Source: a candidate division TA06 bacterium SM23_40
GTDB lineage: Bacteria > LJUI01 > SM1-40
Reading direction: 5' to 3'
Assembly (NCBI GenBank): GCA_001303705.1
Contig: LJUI01000009.1
Span: 1 to 37,218, forward strand
DNA length: 37,218 bases
The notes beneath the pieces were generated by a model. It was not told the origin of the DNA and did no database searches. It saw only the letters and a list, made by a program, of their open reading frames with translations. A program made the position numbers and the translations under genes. Numbering within the stretch: the stretch's first letter is position 1; each line of letters starts with the position of its first letter. This document shows positions 7,444 to 17,067 of the stretch, piece by piece.

Positions 7444-9165
7444 TCATGAACCACGTCGCCACAGATCTCGGGGCTTCGCAAGCTTGTGGGTCCCGCTGAT
7501 ATGCCGCCACGTCACCCAGAGGAAGAAGAGAGCTGCGATGCCGACCACGTAGCTGAGGGGGATCCGTCTGCCGGTCATCGTGGGGAGCACGGAAACCGTA
7601 GGAGCACCGGCGATCTCCTCCGCCATCCACGTTTCGGTGCTATCCCCACTCGCACCACCCACTGGAAAGATCCTCGCGTACTCCCCGCTCACAAGAGATG
7701 CATCCTGGCTACCACGCACTGAGAAGTATGCGCGGTATGACCACGATCCCTCGAGCAGCCGTGACGGCACCCAGAGCGCAAGGTGGTGGGCGCTCACGCG
7801 GGCGAAGTACTCCTCACTGAAACGCTGGCCGAACGTCGGGTCTACCGGTATCCAACGTCCATCGGGAAGCAGGAACTCAGCCCAGGTATGAGCCTGTTCG
7901 CTCGTCGGATTCTCCTGATCGTAGATAAACCCGAAAACGATGCGGGCAGGAATCCTGATCGCTCGGGCGAGAGCCACGAAAAGTGCAGCAAACTCGGTGC
8001 AGTCTGTACGCTCCGGGGCCTTGAGAGCGGCGAGCGCACCATACGTTTCGGTCTGAACTTCGTAGTCGAGTGTGTCGATTACGAAGTCATAGAGCCTCCG
8101 GGCGGATTCGAGGCGGTCAGGGCCTCCGTCCGCATGTTCCAGGGCGACCTTCCTGACGAGCTGGGCATCCGACTCGATGAATCTCTCAGCCGACGTGTAG
8201 TAGGCATACTCGATCGACTCAGGAGCATAACCAAGGGGAGTCGACGGTGATGCCTTATACGATACAGGCCCTACGTTTATCTCGTACCCGAGCTGAGCGG
8301 ACCTGACCTCTCCAGGACCGATCTCCTCGAACTTGAATCCAGCCACAACATGCCCTATGCTGTCCCGCACCACTCGCTCCCACTCAGGATGACACTCGAC
8401 GAGCTCCACTCGTGTATGGGGCGGGAAATCGCGGCCGACCATCACCCAGAGTTCAACATCACGGGCAACACCTGGACCCCGATTGGAAAGCTCGACCGTA
8501 TACAGAAGCCGATATGCCGATCCGCTCACCTTTCTCAGATGTTCTGCGACCCACTCTTGATGATCATGGCGGGGGAAGTTCCGCTGGAGAAGTCGATAGT
8601 ACCGCCTGGCATTCTCGAAGTCCCCCCTCTTCTCGTACGCGTAGCCCAAGTTCATATAGTTAGTGAGATTCCAGGGAGCCAGTCGCTGAGCGCGCTCAGC
8701 GCACTCGATTGCGCGGTCCAGCTGGCGCACAGGATCCTGCTGGTACAGGTAACCCAGGTTGATGAGAGCAGTCGTATCATCGGGCACATGCTGCAACACC
8801 TGCTCAAACGAGGCGACAGCATCCTCGAGACGACCCGCACCGGCCTGGACTCTCCCCAGCTCCCTCCAATAGTCCATTGTCAACGGAGACAGCTCTATCG
8901 CCCGTGTGAGAGACGAAATCGCACCGTCATAGTCGGCCGGATCCATTTCAGCGTGGAGCGAGCCGAGAAAAGCCATAGCCCGGTGGTGGGTAGAATCGAG
9001 ATCGACTATCTCGGAAAGGAGAGCGATCGCCTCCGCATGTCGCTCCTCCTCCGCTCTCGCCACCGCCTGGCGGTATTGCGCCTCTATATCAGACGCCTCA
9101 GATGCCGCCGAGGGCACTCCGGATAACAGAGTAGCGAGGAGCAGTGAACCGCGAACCAACGACAC
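7444..9165 (-). CDS. TPR-repeat plus transglutaminase-like domain protein, with signal peptide and C-terminal TM helix
   Basis: N-terminal TPR-like helices. Triad motifs DCTEFAALFVALARAIRIPAR, HTWAEF and WIPVDPT. TM segment YVVGIAALFFLWVTW. GTG 9165 follows AGGAG. Confidence 0.85.
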   Translation of the reverse strand: MSLVRGSLLLATLLSGVPSAASEASDIEAQYRQAVARAEEERHAEAIALLSEIVDLDSTHHRAMAFLGSLHAEMDPADYDGAISSLTRAIELSPLTMDYWRELGRVQAGAGRLEDAVASFEQVLQHVPDDTTALINLGYLYQQDPVRQLDRAIECAERAQRLAPWNLTNYMNLGYAYEKRGDFENARRYYRLLQRNFPRHDHQEWVAEHLRKVSGSAYRLLYTVELSNRGPGVARDVELWVMVGRDFPPHTRVELVECHPEWERVVRDSIGHVVAGFKFEEIGPGEVRSAQLGYEINVGPVSYKASPSTPLGYAPESIEYAYYTSAERFIESDAQLVRKVALEHADGGPDRLESARRLYDFVIDTLDYEVQTETYGALAALKAPERTDCTEFAALFVALARAIRIPARIVFGFIYDQENPTSEQAHTWAEFLLPDGRWIPVDPTFGQRFSEEYFARVSAHHLALWVPSRLLEGSWSYRAYFSVRGSQDASLVSGEYARIFPVGGASGDSTETWMAEEIAGAPTVSVLPTMTGRRIPLSYVVGIAALFFLWVTWRHISGTHKLAKPRDLWRRGS

Positions 9166-9281
9166 AGATCGCTCCTTCCTGGCCGGGAATCGGGCCGGAT
9201 GCTCCCCCCTCTCATCACAAACATAGCCCAATCGGGCCGAAAAGACAAGAGGAGAGGATGCTCCGGAGACCTGTGCTCTCC

Positions 9282-9310
9282 TTGACTTCTGCGAGGGCGG
9301 GTGCTAGGAT
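9282..9310 (+). promoter_or_regulatory. Sigma70-type promoter of rlmN
   Basis: TTGACT-17 bp-TAGGAT with an extended -10 TG. Confidence 0.65.
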
Positions 9311-9408
9311 CGTAACGACGTATTCTATGAGATAGGCGAACCTTCACGCGGCGGGCGGCTAGACTCCCGTCACTCGCCGGGATCCCCGGCCTTCGGAAGG
9401 ACCCTCAC

Positions 9409-10539
9409 GTGGAGCGCCGTAACATCAAACAGATGACACTTGAAGAACTGGAGGCGTTCCTCCTCTCTCTCGGTGTTAAGAGCTACCGGGCGAAACAGAT
9501 CTGGTCGTGGATCTACCAGAGGCACGTAACCGATTTTGCCTCGATGAGCGACCTTTCCAAAGATCTCCGTTCCCGGCTCGAAGATCTCGCCTCGATCGGT
9601 ACTCTCGCCCCCCACAGCGCGATGAGCTCCACGACCGACAGATCGGTCAAGTTCCTGTTCCATCTCGATGATGGGCTCCAGATCGAGAGTGTGCTCATCC
9701 CGGAGAGGCACAGGATGACCGTCTGTATTTCCACCCAGGTCGGCTGCGCGCTCAAGTGTCGATTCTGCGCCACCGGCCAGATGGGCTTCCGTCGCGACCT
9801 TGCCAGCTGGGAGATCGTCGAACAGGTGCTCGCCGCAGAAGAGTATATGGCGAACGCGGAACAAGAGGGAATGCGACGCATCTCAAACGTTGTCCTCATG
9901 GGTATGGGAGAACCGCTCCTCAACTACGATCAGACGTTGCGGGCCGTGCGTGTCATCAATCATGATCACGCACTTCGCATCGGGGCGCGCAAGATCACCG
10001 TCTCAACAGCAGGAATCGTTCCCGCCATCGATAGGCTGGCAGGTGAGGGTCTGCAGGTCAAGCTCGCCATCTCCCTGAATGCCGCAACTGATGATCTCCG
10101 TACCTGGCTCATGCCCATCAACAAGCGCCATCGGCTCTCGACACTCATCGACTCTGCAAAGCGTTTCGTCGAGACGACCGGCAAACGTATCACATTCGAG
10201 TACGTACTCATTGACGGCGTGAACGACTCGCGTGCCGACGCGCGAAATCTGGCGAGACTCGTCGGAGACATCCCGTGCAAGGTGAATCTTATTCCGTACA
10301 ACCCGCACCGCAGCACACCATTCCAGCCTTCATCGCCAGACCGCGTACAGGCCTTCAGGCAGTATCTCCTCCCCCGCTGCCCCGCCGTCACACTCAGAGC
10401 GAGCCGCGGACAGGACATAGGCGCGGCATGTGGCCAACTCTGCACTGACTCGGTCAAGCGGCCCCGGCGTGCCGGGACATCACGCAGACCGGCTGCCCAC
10501 CGCAGGGCCGCGATCTCCCGACCCAGGCAAAAGAAATGA
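9409..10539 (+). CDS. rlmN: 23S rRNA (A2503-C2)/tRNA methyltransferase RlmN (radical SAM)
   Basis: CISTQVGCALKCRFCATG, MGMGEPLLN, ITFEYVLIDGVND, VNLIPYN, RGQDIGAACGQL. Confidence 0.97.
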   Translation: MERRNIKQMTLEELEAFLLSLGVKSYRAKQIWSWIYQRHVTDFASMSDLSKDLRSRLEDLASIGTLAPHSAMSSTTDRSVKFLFHLDDGLQIESVLIPERHRMTVCISTQVGCALKCRFCATGQMGFRRDLASWEIVEQVLAAEEYMANAEQEGMRRISNVVLMGMGEPLLNYDQTLRAVRVINHDHALRIGARKITVSTAGIVPAIDRLAGEGLQVKLAISLNAATDDLRTWLMPINKRHRLSTLIDSAKRFVETTGKRITFEYVLIDGVNDSRADARNLARLVGDIPCKVNLIPYNPHRSTPFQPSSPDRVQAFRQYLLPRCPAVTLRASRGQDIGAACGQLCTDSVKRPRRAGTSRRPAAHRRAAISRPRQKK

Positions 10540-10592
10540 CGCGGTGTCATCCGCGTCTCTCTATCAACCAGCTGATCTCGATCTACCCCACC

Positions 10593-10784
10593 TCACTCCC
10601 GCTCCATGAGATTACCCAACAGGCGCTCCTGCTCTCTCGCGAGCTGCCTGGCGAGCGCGTACTTGCCATCTGTTATGGCTCTCTCCATCTTCATGTCCAG
10701 CTCTCTGATCCTCTTCAGCAGGGGACTGGATGGAGATCTGCCGAACAGATCCAGCTGCTCCCTATCGTCTCTCACCGAACTCAT
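10593..10784 (-). CDS. Small protein (63 aa) with QLDLF motif and UVR-like helical hairpin
   Basis: EQLDLFG followed by IRELDMKMERAITDGKYALARQLA. It fills an intergenic gap and has its own upstream promoter. Confidence 0.6.
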   Translation of the reverse strand: MSSVRDDREQLDLFGRSPSSPLLKRIRELDMKMERAITDGKYALARQLAREQERLLGNLMERE

Positions 10785-10939
10785 TCCTCAACCCAACCGC
10801 CGACGAATGCCCACGACATGAATTCCTACACGATCCCTGTACTGCCCTGATTCTCACCAGACCTCCGGGGCACACCCCGCCAGCCATGCGGGCCGCCGGC
10901 CCACCGACCTACCCGGGCCAATTCCAGAACCGGTCAACA

Positions 10940-10968
10940 ATGATACCCGTTCCGGGAATCTGTGTCAA
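10940..10968 (-). promoter_or_regulatory. Sigma70-type promoter upstream of the 63-aa gene
   Basis: TTGACA-17 bp-TATCAT. The -35 element overlaps the tsaD stop codon. Confidence 0.7.
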
Positions 10969-11978
10969 CCCCGTTCACCGGAAAGGAGCGGCATCGAGGC
11001 CTGCGCCGCCAGGCCGAGAGCGGCCGCTTCCCCACGCCGCAATCGTTCGAACCCGGCAGCAGCCACCATCGCCGCATTGTCCGTGCAGAGTGACGGCGGC
11101 GGCACGGAGAATTGAAAGCCGCGGCCCGACGCCGCAGCACCGAGCTTCTCACGGAGGCGCAGATTGCTCGCCACGCCGCCCGCGACGACCAGCCGATCGA
11201 CTCTCACATGGTCAGCTGCCTCGAGGAGCCGACCAATGAGAGTGTCGACCACGGCCTCTTGAAAACTGGCCGCCACATCAGCCCGACGTCGCTCTACTTC
11301 CTCGGGAGAGAGATCGCGAAGGTAGTAGTAGACAGAGGTCTTCATGCCGCTGAAGCTGAAATCGAATCCGGGAACCGAAGGCCTGGGAAAGGAGACGGCA
11401 TCCGGGTCGCCCTCCGTGGCAAGCCGTTCCAGTTCAGGCCCTCCTGGGTAGGGAAGTCCGAGGAGCTTCGCCGCCTTGTCGAGCGCCTCGCCTGCCGCGT
11501 CGTCCAGAGTCTCGCCGAGCTTCGCATAATCGCACCGTTCGCTGACGTGTATGAGGTCGGTGTGTCCCCCCGATGCCACAAGACAGAGGAACGGAGGCGG
11601 GAGACCTTCTGAGTGGAGGAAGTTCGCGAAGATGTGGGCTTCAATGTGGTTGACTCCCACGAATGGGAGTCCGAGCGCGTAGGCGAGCGATTTGGCAACC
11701 GAGACCCCTACGAGCAGGCAGCCGATGAGCCCCGGCCCCTGGGTGACCGCGATCCCGTCGAGGCCGTCCAGAGTCGTTGATGCCTCTGCCACCGCCTGAG
11801 TGATGATCGGAACGACGAGCTCGACGTGCGCCCTCGACGCCAGCTCAGGTACTACGCCCCCGTATTCAGCATGGACACTCTGGGAGGCGACGATATTCGA
11901 GATGATCTCGGTCCCATTAGCGACGACAGCGGCGGCCGTCTCATCACACGAGGTCTCAATCCCCAACACACAGCTCAT
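10965..11978 (-). CDS. tsaD: tRNA N6-threonylcarbamoyltransferase TsaD
   Basis: VLGIETSCDET, GGVVPELASRAH, VNHIEAH, SGGHT, DDAAGEA.DK, FSFSG.KT, CTDNAAM. Confidence 0.97.
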   Translation of the reverse strand: MSCVLGIETSCDETAAAVVANGTEIISNIVASQSVHAEYGGVVPELASRAHVELVVPIITQAVAEASTTLDGLDGIAVTQGPGLIGCLLVGVSVAKSLAYALGLPFVGVNHIEAHIFANFLHSEGLPPPFLCLVASGGHTDLIHVSERCDYAKLGETLDDAAGEALDKAAKLLGLPYPGGPELERLATEGDPDAVSFPRPSVPGFDFSFSGMKTSVYYYLRDLSPEEVERRRADVAASFQEAVVDTLIGRLLEAADHVRVDRLVVAGGVASNLRLREKLGAAASGRGFQFSVPPPSLCTDNAAMVAAAGFERLRRGEAAALGLAAQASMPLLSGERG

Positions 11979-12003
11979 GGCACCATATCCACCCACGTAC
12001 ACT

Positions 12004-12939
12004 TCATCTCGCTCTTCCCTGCCTGCGGAGAGCAACAGAGAATACCTTCGGATCGGCCCTCACAAGTGCGATACCAGGAGGCAGGTCGATCCGCGCCGGC
12101 AGCACATATTCACCCGGCTCGAGGTCGGAGACGTCGATGAAGACCGATATCATGTCGGCCACGAGAGTCGCCATCTGACTCTCCGGGCCTGAGACCAGGA
12201 GGTTGATGGTGGAAGGGGAGACGAGACCTTCGAGGTTACGGCCGTGGACGAGACCAACCGGAATCGAATCGAATTGCTGCTGGCGTTCCGCCTCGATGAC
12301 GATGTGGACGAGTACCGACTCAGGCTCGATCTGGAACCCTCTCCCCCTGGGCGGGAGCACACTCGCCGTCATCGTTTCGGGCCCGGACAATCCCTCGATA
12401 CTCACCGGCTCGGTCTCAAGGCGGGGCACGACTCTGACGATACCCTCAGGTCCCCGCAGCGTGACCTCAGCGGGCTCTGCTGTCGCTCTGCCCACGACGA
12501 GACGCCCTCGGGCCGGCTCTCCGGCGGTCGAGGCAACGACCGGCAGCACCTTACTGGCGACACGATCGAATGTCAGTCTCATCCGTGTGGGCTCGATCAC
12601 TCCCGCCACCTCCACCTCGGGATCGGCCACGAGATCGAGCTGTTCGGGAGTTATCGGCAGGACGTTTTCGCCTCGTTCGACATCACGTGCCCAATAGTGC
12701 ACGAAGGGATGGCCGAATCTGAGCCGGAGCAGTTTCTTGCCGGTCCCCCGAAGCCTGACCTTGACGGCCTGGGGAGGATTGCTGGCCAGGACCAGATCAT
12801 TACCGGCCTCCGAGAGCTGCAGTGGAAGATCGAACTCCCACTCGTAGCGGCGCTCCGTCGTGACATGAGCCCAGAGAAGCAACGCCAGCAGCAGGGCAAT
12901 GATTTTCAGACCGAGATTCGTCCGGAGCCAATCCCACAT
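12004..12939 (-). CDS. YbbR/CdaR family protein
   Basis: N-terminal NLGLKIIALLLALLLW anchor and three YbbR-like beta repeats (P..V.V.L.G). Confidence 0.85.
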   Translation of the reverse strand: MWDWLRTNLGLKIIALLLALLLWAHVTTERRYEWEFDLPLQLSEAGNDLVLASNPPQAVKVRLRGTGKKLLRLRFGHPFVHYWARDVERGENVLPITPEQLDLVADPEVEVAGVIEPTRMRLTFDRVASKVLPVVASTAGEPARGRLVVGRATAEPAEVTLRGPEGIVRVVPRLETEPVSIEGLSGPETMTASVLPPRGRGFQIEPESVLVHIVIEAERQQQFDSIPVGLVHGRNLEGLVSPSTINLLVSGPESQMATLVADMISVFIDVSDLEPGEYVLPARIDLPPGIALVRADPKVFSVALRRQGRAR

Positions 12940-12969
12940 AGTCGATAGACCCTGGGTACGATGACGGGC

Positions 12970-13686
12970 TCACTCCTTGCGGGGGGGCTGACTGGGTCTC
13001 TGAGAGGTCCGCTCGTCTTCCGCTATCGTCCCGTCGAGGAGGTGGACGATTCTCGCTGCATGTTCCGCTACGTATCGTTCATGCGTCACGAGGATCATCG
13101 TCCTTCCCTCTGCATGAAGCGCCCGGAAGATGCGCAGTATCTCTTCTCCTGTCTTGCTATCGAGGTTTCCCGTCGGCTCGTCCGCAAGGATGATCTGGGG
13201 CTCGTTGACGAGCGCACGTGCGATCGCCACCCGCTGCCGCTCACCCCCTGACAGCTCATTCGGATGGTGCCGCATCCGATGAGACAGCCCCACTTTGTCG
13301 AGCATTTCGCGCGCGCGCTCCTGCCTCACCTTCCGAGCAACGCCGCCATAGATGAGAGGAAGTTCAACGTTATGGAAGCAATCCGTGCGGGAGAGAAGAT
13401 TAAACGTCTGAAATACAAACCCTATCTTCCTGTTTCTTATCGCGGCGAGCTCGTTGTCATCAAGAGTACTCACATCGACACCACCGAGCACATACTGACC
13501 TGACGTTGGCCTGTCGAGACAGCCGATCACGTTCATAAGTGTCGACTTGCCTGACCCGGAAGGGCCCATGATCGCCAATAGCTCCCCCCGCTCTACCTCG
13601 AGATCGACGCCCCGAAGCGCCTGGACCACCACCTCCCCGGTACGGTACTCTTTGACGATGCTCTGCATCGTGATCATCGCTTCCAT
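12970..13686 (-). CDS. ABC transporter ATP-binding protein (LolD/MacB-type)
   Basis: [50 protein letters not shown]. Confidence 0.95.
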   Translation of the reverse strand: MEAMITMQSIVKEYRTGEVVVQALRGVDLEVERGELLAIMGPSGSGKSTLMNVIGCLDRPTSGQYVLGGVDVSTLDDNELAAIRNRKIGFVFQTFNLLSRTDCFHNVELPLIYGGVARKVRQERAREMLDKVGLSHRMRHHPNELSGGERQRVAIARALVNEPQIILADEPTGNLDSKTGEEILRIFRALHAEGRTMILVTHERYVAEHAARIVHLLDGTIAEDERTSQRPSQPPRKE

Positions 13687-13817
13687 ATACACCTCGGTCT
13701 CTTCATCGCCGCCCGCCCTCTCTCAGTTCTGATGCTGCTCGCCGCAGGCCCTACAGAAATGGAGACTCGGGGACCATCCGCTTCGTTCCTGCTCGCGAAC
13801 CTCGCGCTGTTGGTCTC

Positions 13818-13846
13818 AATCTATGGAAGAGAGAGAATGGTGTCAA
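13818..13846 (-). promoter_or_regulatory. Sigma70-type promoter for ABC ATPase-ybbR-tsaD
   Basis: TTGACA-17 bp-TAGATT just after the clpB stop codon. Confidence 0.7.
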
Positions 13847-13871
13847 GCCAAAAAGGGGGAACACCCGTGCG

Positions 13872-16454
13872 TTACCGGAAGACGATGTCGCCGTTCTTCC
13901 CGTCGACATCGACGGTAACTTTCGAGCCCTCGGGGTACTCTCCTTCCAGGATCTTGAGTGCGAGCGGATCCTGGATGGACTTCTGGATGACTCGCTTGAG
14001 CGGCCGAGCACCGTAGGTCGGATCGTACCCTCGCTCTGCAATGAGCTCCTTCGCCTCCGGGGTGAGCTCCAACTCGATCTTCCGTTCCTTAAGCAACTTC
14101 TTCAGGCGGACGAGCTGGATGTCGACGATCTCCTTTATGTCATCGCGACTCAGGTTGCGGTAGATGACAATGTCATCGATACGATTGAGGAACTCGGGGC
14201 GGAACTGCATTCTGAGAGCCTCCGTCACGCGACGCTCCATCTCCTCGTGATCCGACGACCCGATATCCTGAATGAACTGGCTCCCCACGTTGGAGGTCAT
14301 GATGACCACCGTGTTCTTGAAGTCGACGGTTCTCCCCTTCCCATCGGTGAGCCGACCGTCATCGAGTATCTGGAGCAGCACGTTGAAGACATCGGAGTGG
14401 GCTTTCTCGATCTCGTCAAAGAGGATGACCGAGTACGGTCGTCTCTTCACAGCCTCGGTCAGGTAACCGCCCTCTTCATATCCGACATATCCTGGCGGAG
14501 CGCCGATGAGGCGGGCCACGGAGTGCTTCTCCATGAACTCCGACATATCGACCCTCACCATTGCGTGCTCGTCATCGAACAGAAATTCGGCCAGCGCGCG
14601 GGCGGTCTCAGTCTTCCCCACGCCAGTCGGACCCATGAAGATGAACGAACCGATCGGGCGATTGGGATCGCCCAGACCCGAGCGGGCGCGCCGCACGGCG
14701 TTCGCCACCGCGAGCAGCGCCTCATCCTGCCCCACGACGCGTCTCGCCAGACGCTCCTCCATGCGGACGAGCTTCTCGATCTCGCCCTCCATCATCCGGG
14801 CCACAGGGATGCCGGTCCACTTCGACACGACCTCCGCGATGTCCTCGGCATCGACCTCCTCCTTCAACATCTTGGTATCTTTCTGCAGCTCGGCCAGACT
14901 CTTCTCTTCATCCTCGAGCTTCTTCTGGAGCTCGACAAGGGTCCCGTATCGGAGCTCGGCAGCTTTCTCCAGATCTCCAACCTTCTCCGCCGCCTGCGAG
15001 GCGAGCCTGGCGTCCTCGATCTGCTTCTTCAGACTGCGGAGTTTCCCGATCGCCTCCTTCTCATTCGTCCAGTGGCCTTTCAGCTGAGTCGACTTCTCGC
15101 GGAGTTCTGCTACTTCCTTCTCCAGCCTCTCCAGACGGGCCTTGCTCGTCGGATCCGACTCCTTGAGAAGCGCCTGGCGCTCGACTTCGAATTGCACGAT
15201 GCGGCGCTCAGCCTCGTCGATCTCCTCCGGCATGCTGTCGATCTCTATCCGCAGCCGGCTTGCAGCCTCATCCATCAGGTCGATCGCCTTGTCGGGCAGG
15301 AACCGGTCGGCGATATATCGATCGGAGAGCGTCGCGGCGGCGACTATCGCCGAGTCGAGGATCTTGACTCCGTGGTGCACCTCGTACCGCTCCTTCAGTC
15401 CACGGAGGATCGAGATCGTGTCCTCTACGGTCGGCTCCCCGACACGGACCGGCTGGAACCGGCGCTCGAGGGCCGCGTCCTTCTCGACGCGCTTCCGGTA
15501 TTCGTCGAGCGTCGTGGCGCCGACGCAGCGAAGATCCCCGCGGGCGAGGGCCGGCTTAAGCATGTTCGACGCGTCGACCGCGCCCTCGGCAGCACCGGCC
15601 CCGACGAGCGTGTGGAGCTCATCGATGAATAGAATGATCTCTCCCTGGGCCTCGGCGATCTCCTTCAGTACTGCCTTCAGCCGGTCCTCGAACTCGCCCC
15701 GGTACTTCGAACCTGCTACGAGCGCGCCGATGTCAAGGGCGACGATCCGCTTGTTTCGCAGCGTCTCGGGAACGTCCCCGTCTGCGATCCGCTGCGCCAG
15801 CCCCTCGGCGATCGCGGTCTTTCCCACGCCGGGCTCTCCGATGAGGACAGGGTTGTTCTTCGTCCTCCGGCTGAGGACCTGCATCACGCGCCTGATCTCG
15901 TCGTCTCGGCCGATCACCGGATCGAGCTTGCCGCGCCGGGCCAGGTCGGTGAGGTCGCGGGCGAACCGCTCGAGCGCCTGATACTTCTCCTCCGGCGTCG
16001 CATCCGTTACCCGTTGGGTGCCGCGGATCTCCTTGAGTACCTTGAACACACCATCGCGCACCACGCCGGCACCTTTGAGGATCGTGGCTGCCTCTCCTCC
16101 CGGCTCGTCGAGCATGGCGAGCAACAGGTGCTCGGTGCTCACGTACTCATCCTTGAGCGCCTCTGCCTCGGAGAACGCACGGTCGAACAACCGACCCAGG
16201 CGCTGCGAGGCGTAAGACTGGACCACCCCGGAAACCGTCGGCAGCCGTGAGATCGCCTCGCCCACCTGGTCGCGGACGGCAGGTGGGCTCACCCCCAGTT
16301 TCTGAAGGATGGGGACGATCACCCCCTCCGGCTGCCCGAGCAGGGCATAGAGGAGATGCTCCACGTCGACCTCCGGGTTCTTATGCTGACCGGCGAGGGA
16401 CTGCGCCTCCGCGACCGCCTCCTGAGCCTTGAGCGTGAACCTGTCGAGTCTCAT
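13872..16454 (-). CDS. clpB: ATP-dependent chaperone/disaggregase ClpB
   Basis: Clp N-domain, [23 protein letters not shown], a long coiled-coil middle domain, GPTGVGKTE and YGARPLKR. 860 aa. Confidence 0.97.
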   Translation of the reverse strand: MRLDRFTLKAQEAVAEAQSLAGQHKNPEVDVEHLLYALLGQPEGVIVPILQKLGVSPPAVRDQVGEAISRLPTVSGVVQSYASQRLGRLFDRAFSEAEALKDEYVSTEHLLLAMLDEPGGEAATILKGAGVVRDGVFKVLKEIRGTQRVTDATPEEKYQALERFARDLTDLARRGKLDPVIGRDDEIRRVMQVLSRRTKNNPVLIGEPGVGKTAIAEGLAQRIADGDVPETLRNKRIVALDIGALVAGSKYRGEFEDRLKAVLKEIAEAQGEIILFIDELHTLVGAGAAEGAVDASNMLKPALARGDLRCVGATTLDEYRKRVEKDAALERRFQPVRVGEPTVEDTISILRGLKERYEVHHGVKILDSAIVAAATLSDRYIADRFLPDKAIDLMDEAASRLRIEIDSMPEEIDEAERRIVQFEVERQALLKESDPTSKARLERLEKEVAELREKSTQLKGHWTNEKEAIGKLRSLKKQIEDARLASQAAEKVGDLEKAAELRYGTLVELQKKLEDEEKSLAELQKDTKMLKEEVDAEDIAEVVSKWTGIPVARMMEGEIEKLVRMEERLARRVVGQDEALLAVANAVRRARSGLGDPNRPIGSFIFMGPTGVGKTETARALAEFLFDDEHAMVRVDMSEFMEKHSVARLIGAPPGYVGYEEGGYLTEAVKRRPYSVILFDEIEKAHSDVFNVLLQILDDGRLTDGKGRTVDFKNTVVIMTSNVGSQFIQDIGSSDHEEMERRVTEALRMQFRPEFLNRIDDIVIYRNLSRDDIKEIVDIQLVRLKKLLKERKIELELTPEAKELIAERGYDPTYGARPLKRVIQKSIQDPLALKILEGEYPEGSKVTVDVDGKNGDIVFR

Positions 16455-16531
16455 CTCGTGTCTGTGCCCCCTTCAGTGCGCGTCTATAATCTCTTTATAT
16501 CATGAGTGCGCTTCGATGGCAAGTCTGGTTC

Positions 16532-16652
16532 GATGACAGGTGTGCCTCGGTGACAGGTACGTCTCGGTGACAGGTGCCCTCGATGACAGGTGCCCTCAAT
16601 GATAGGTGCCCTCAATGATAGGTGCCCTCGATGATAGGTGCCCTCGATGACA
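16532..16652. repeat. Tandem repeat, 7 full units plus a partial unit of 16-17 bp (consensus GATGAYAGGTGCCCTC)
   Basis: Units start at 16532, 16549, 16566, 16582, 16598, 16614, 16630 and 16646. There are no spacers. Confidence 0.92.
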
Positions 16653-16949
16653 TGGATGCATCGAAAGCAGGCCTGCCCCCACCCTGCTTCCGCTCCCCCT
16701 GACGAGTCTCTTTCTGTCACATGGGATCGCAGTCTCGAAAGATCGACCCGAACGTACCCCACGAACAGGTCTCCCGGTCGGCCATCGGTATGCGCAAGGG
16801 ACCGGCTGCCAGTAGTATAGATTAGCAGGTTCGTCCCCGCATGGCAAGAGTCTGGTGTGCTCCCTCGAGGATCACTGCCGCCTCCCCCTCCCTCTCCTCG
16901 CCGGCCGACAACTCTGAGAGAACGCGGGGAGCCCTCCATCTTCGCCGGA

Positions 16950-16984
16950 GAAAAGAGCGAGGGGGCGCTCCTCTGAACGCCCCC
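16950..16984 (-). terminator. Possible intrinsic terminator after protease copy 1
   Basis: GGGGGCG/CGCCCCC stem followed on the minus strand by TCGCTCTTTTC. Confidence 0.45.
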
Positions 16985-17067
16985 ACCGACGGAATGAGAC
17001 GAAAGCCTGCGCCCCGGTCGATAGACGATCTCCTTCCACCTCCCCTGAGTCGCCCTCGATGCCGCCG

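Noticed and set aside
16532-16652. CRISPR array
   Set aside because: The units are contiguous 16-17-mers without unique spacers, and there are no cas genes.
16822-16850. CIRCE (HrcA) element for clpB
   Set aside because: Only TTAGCA matches; the second arm and spacing do not fit TTAGCACTC-N9-GAGTGCTAA.
16484-16939. 151-aa ORF upstream of clpB
   Set aside because: Its repetitive sequence is just the translated tandem repeat; there is no recognisable domain.
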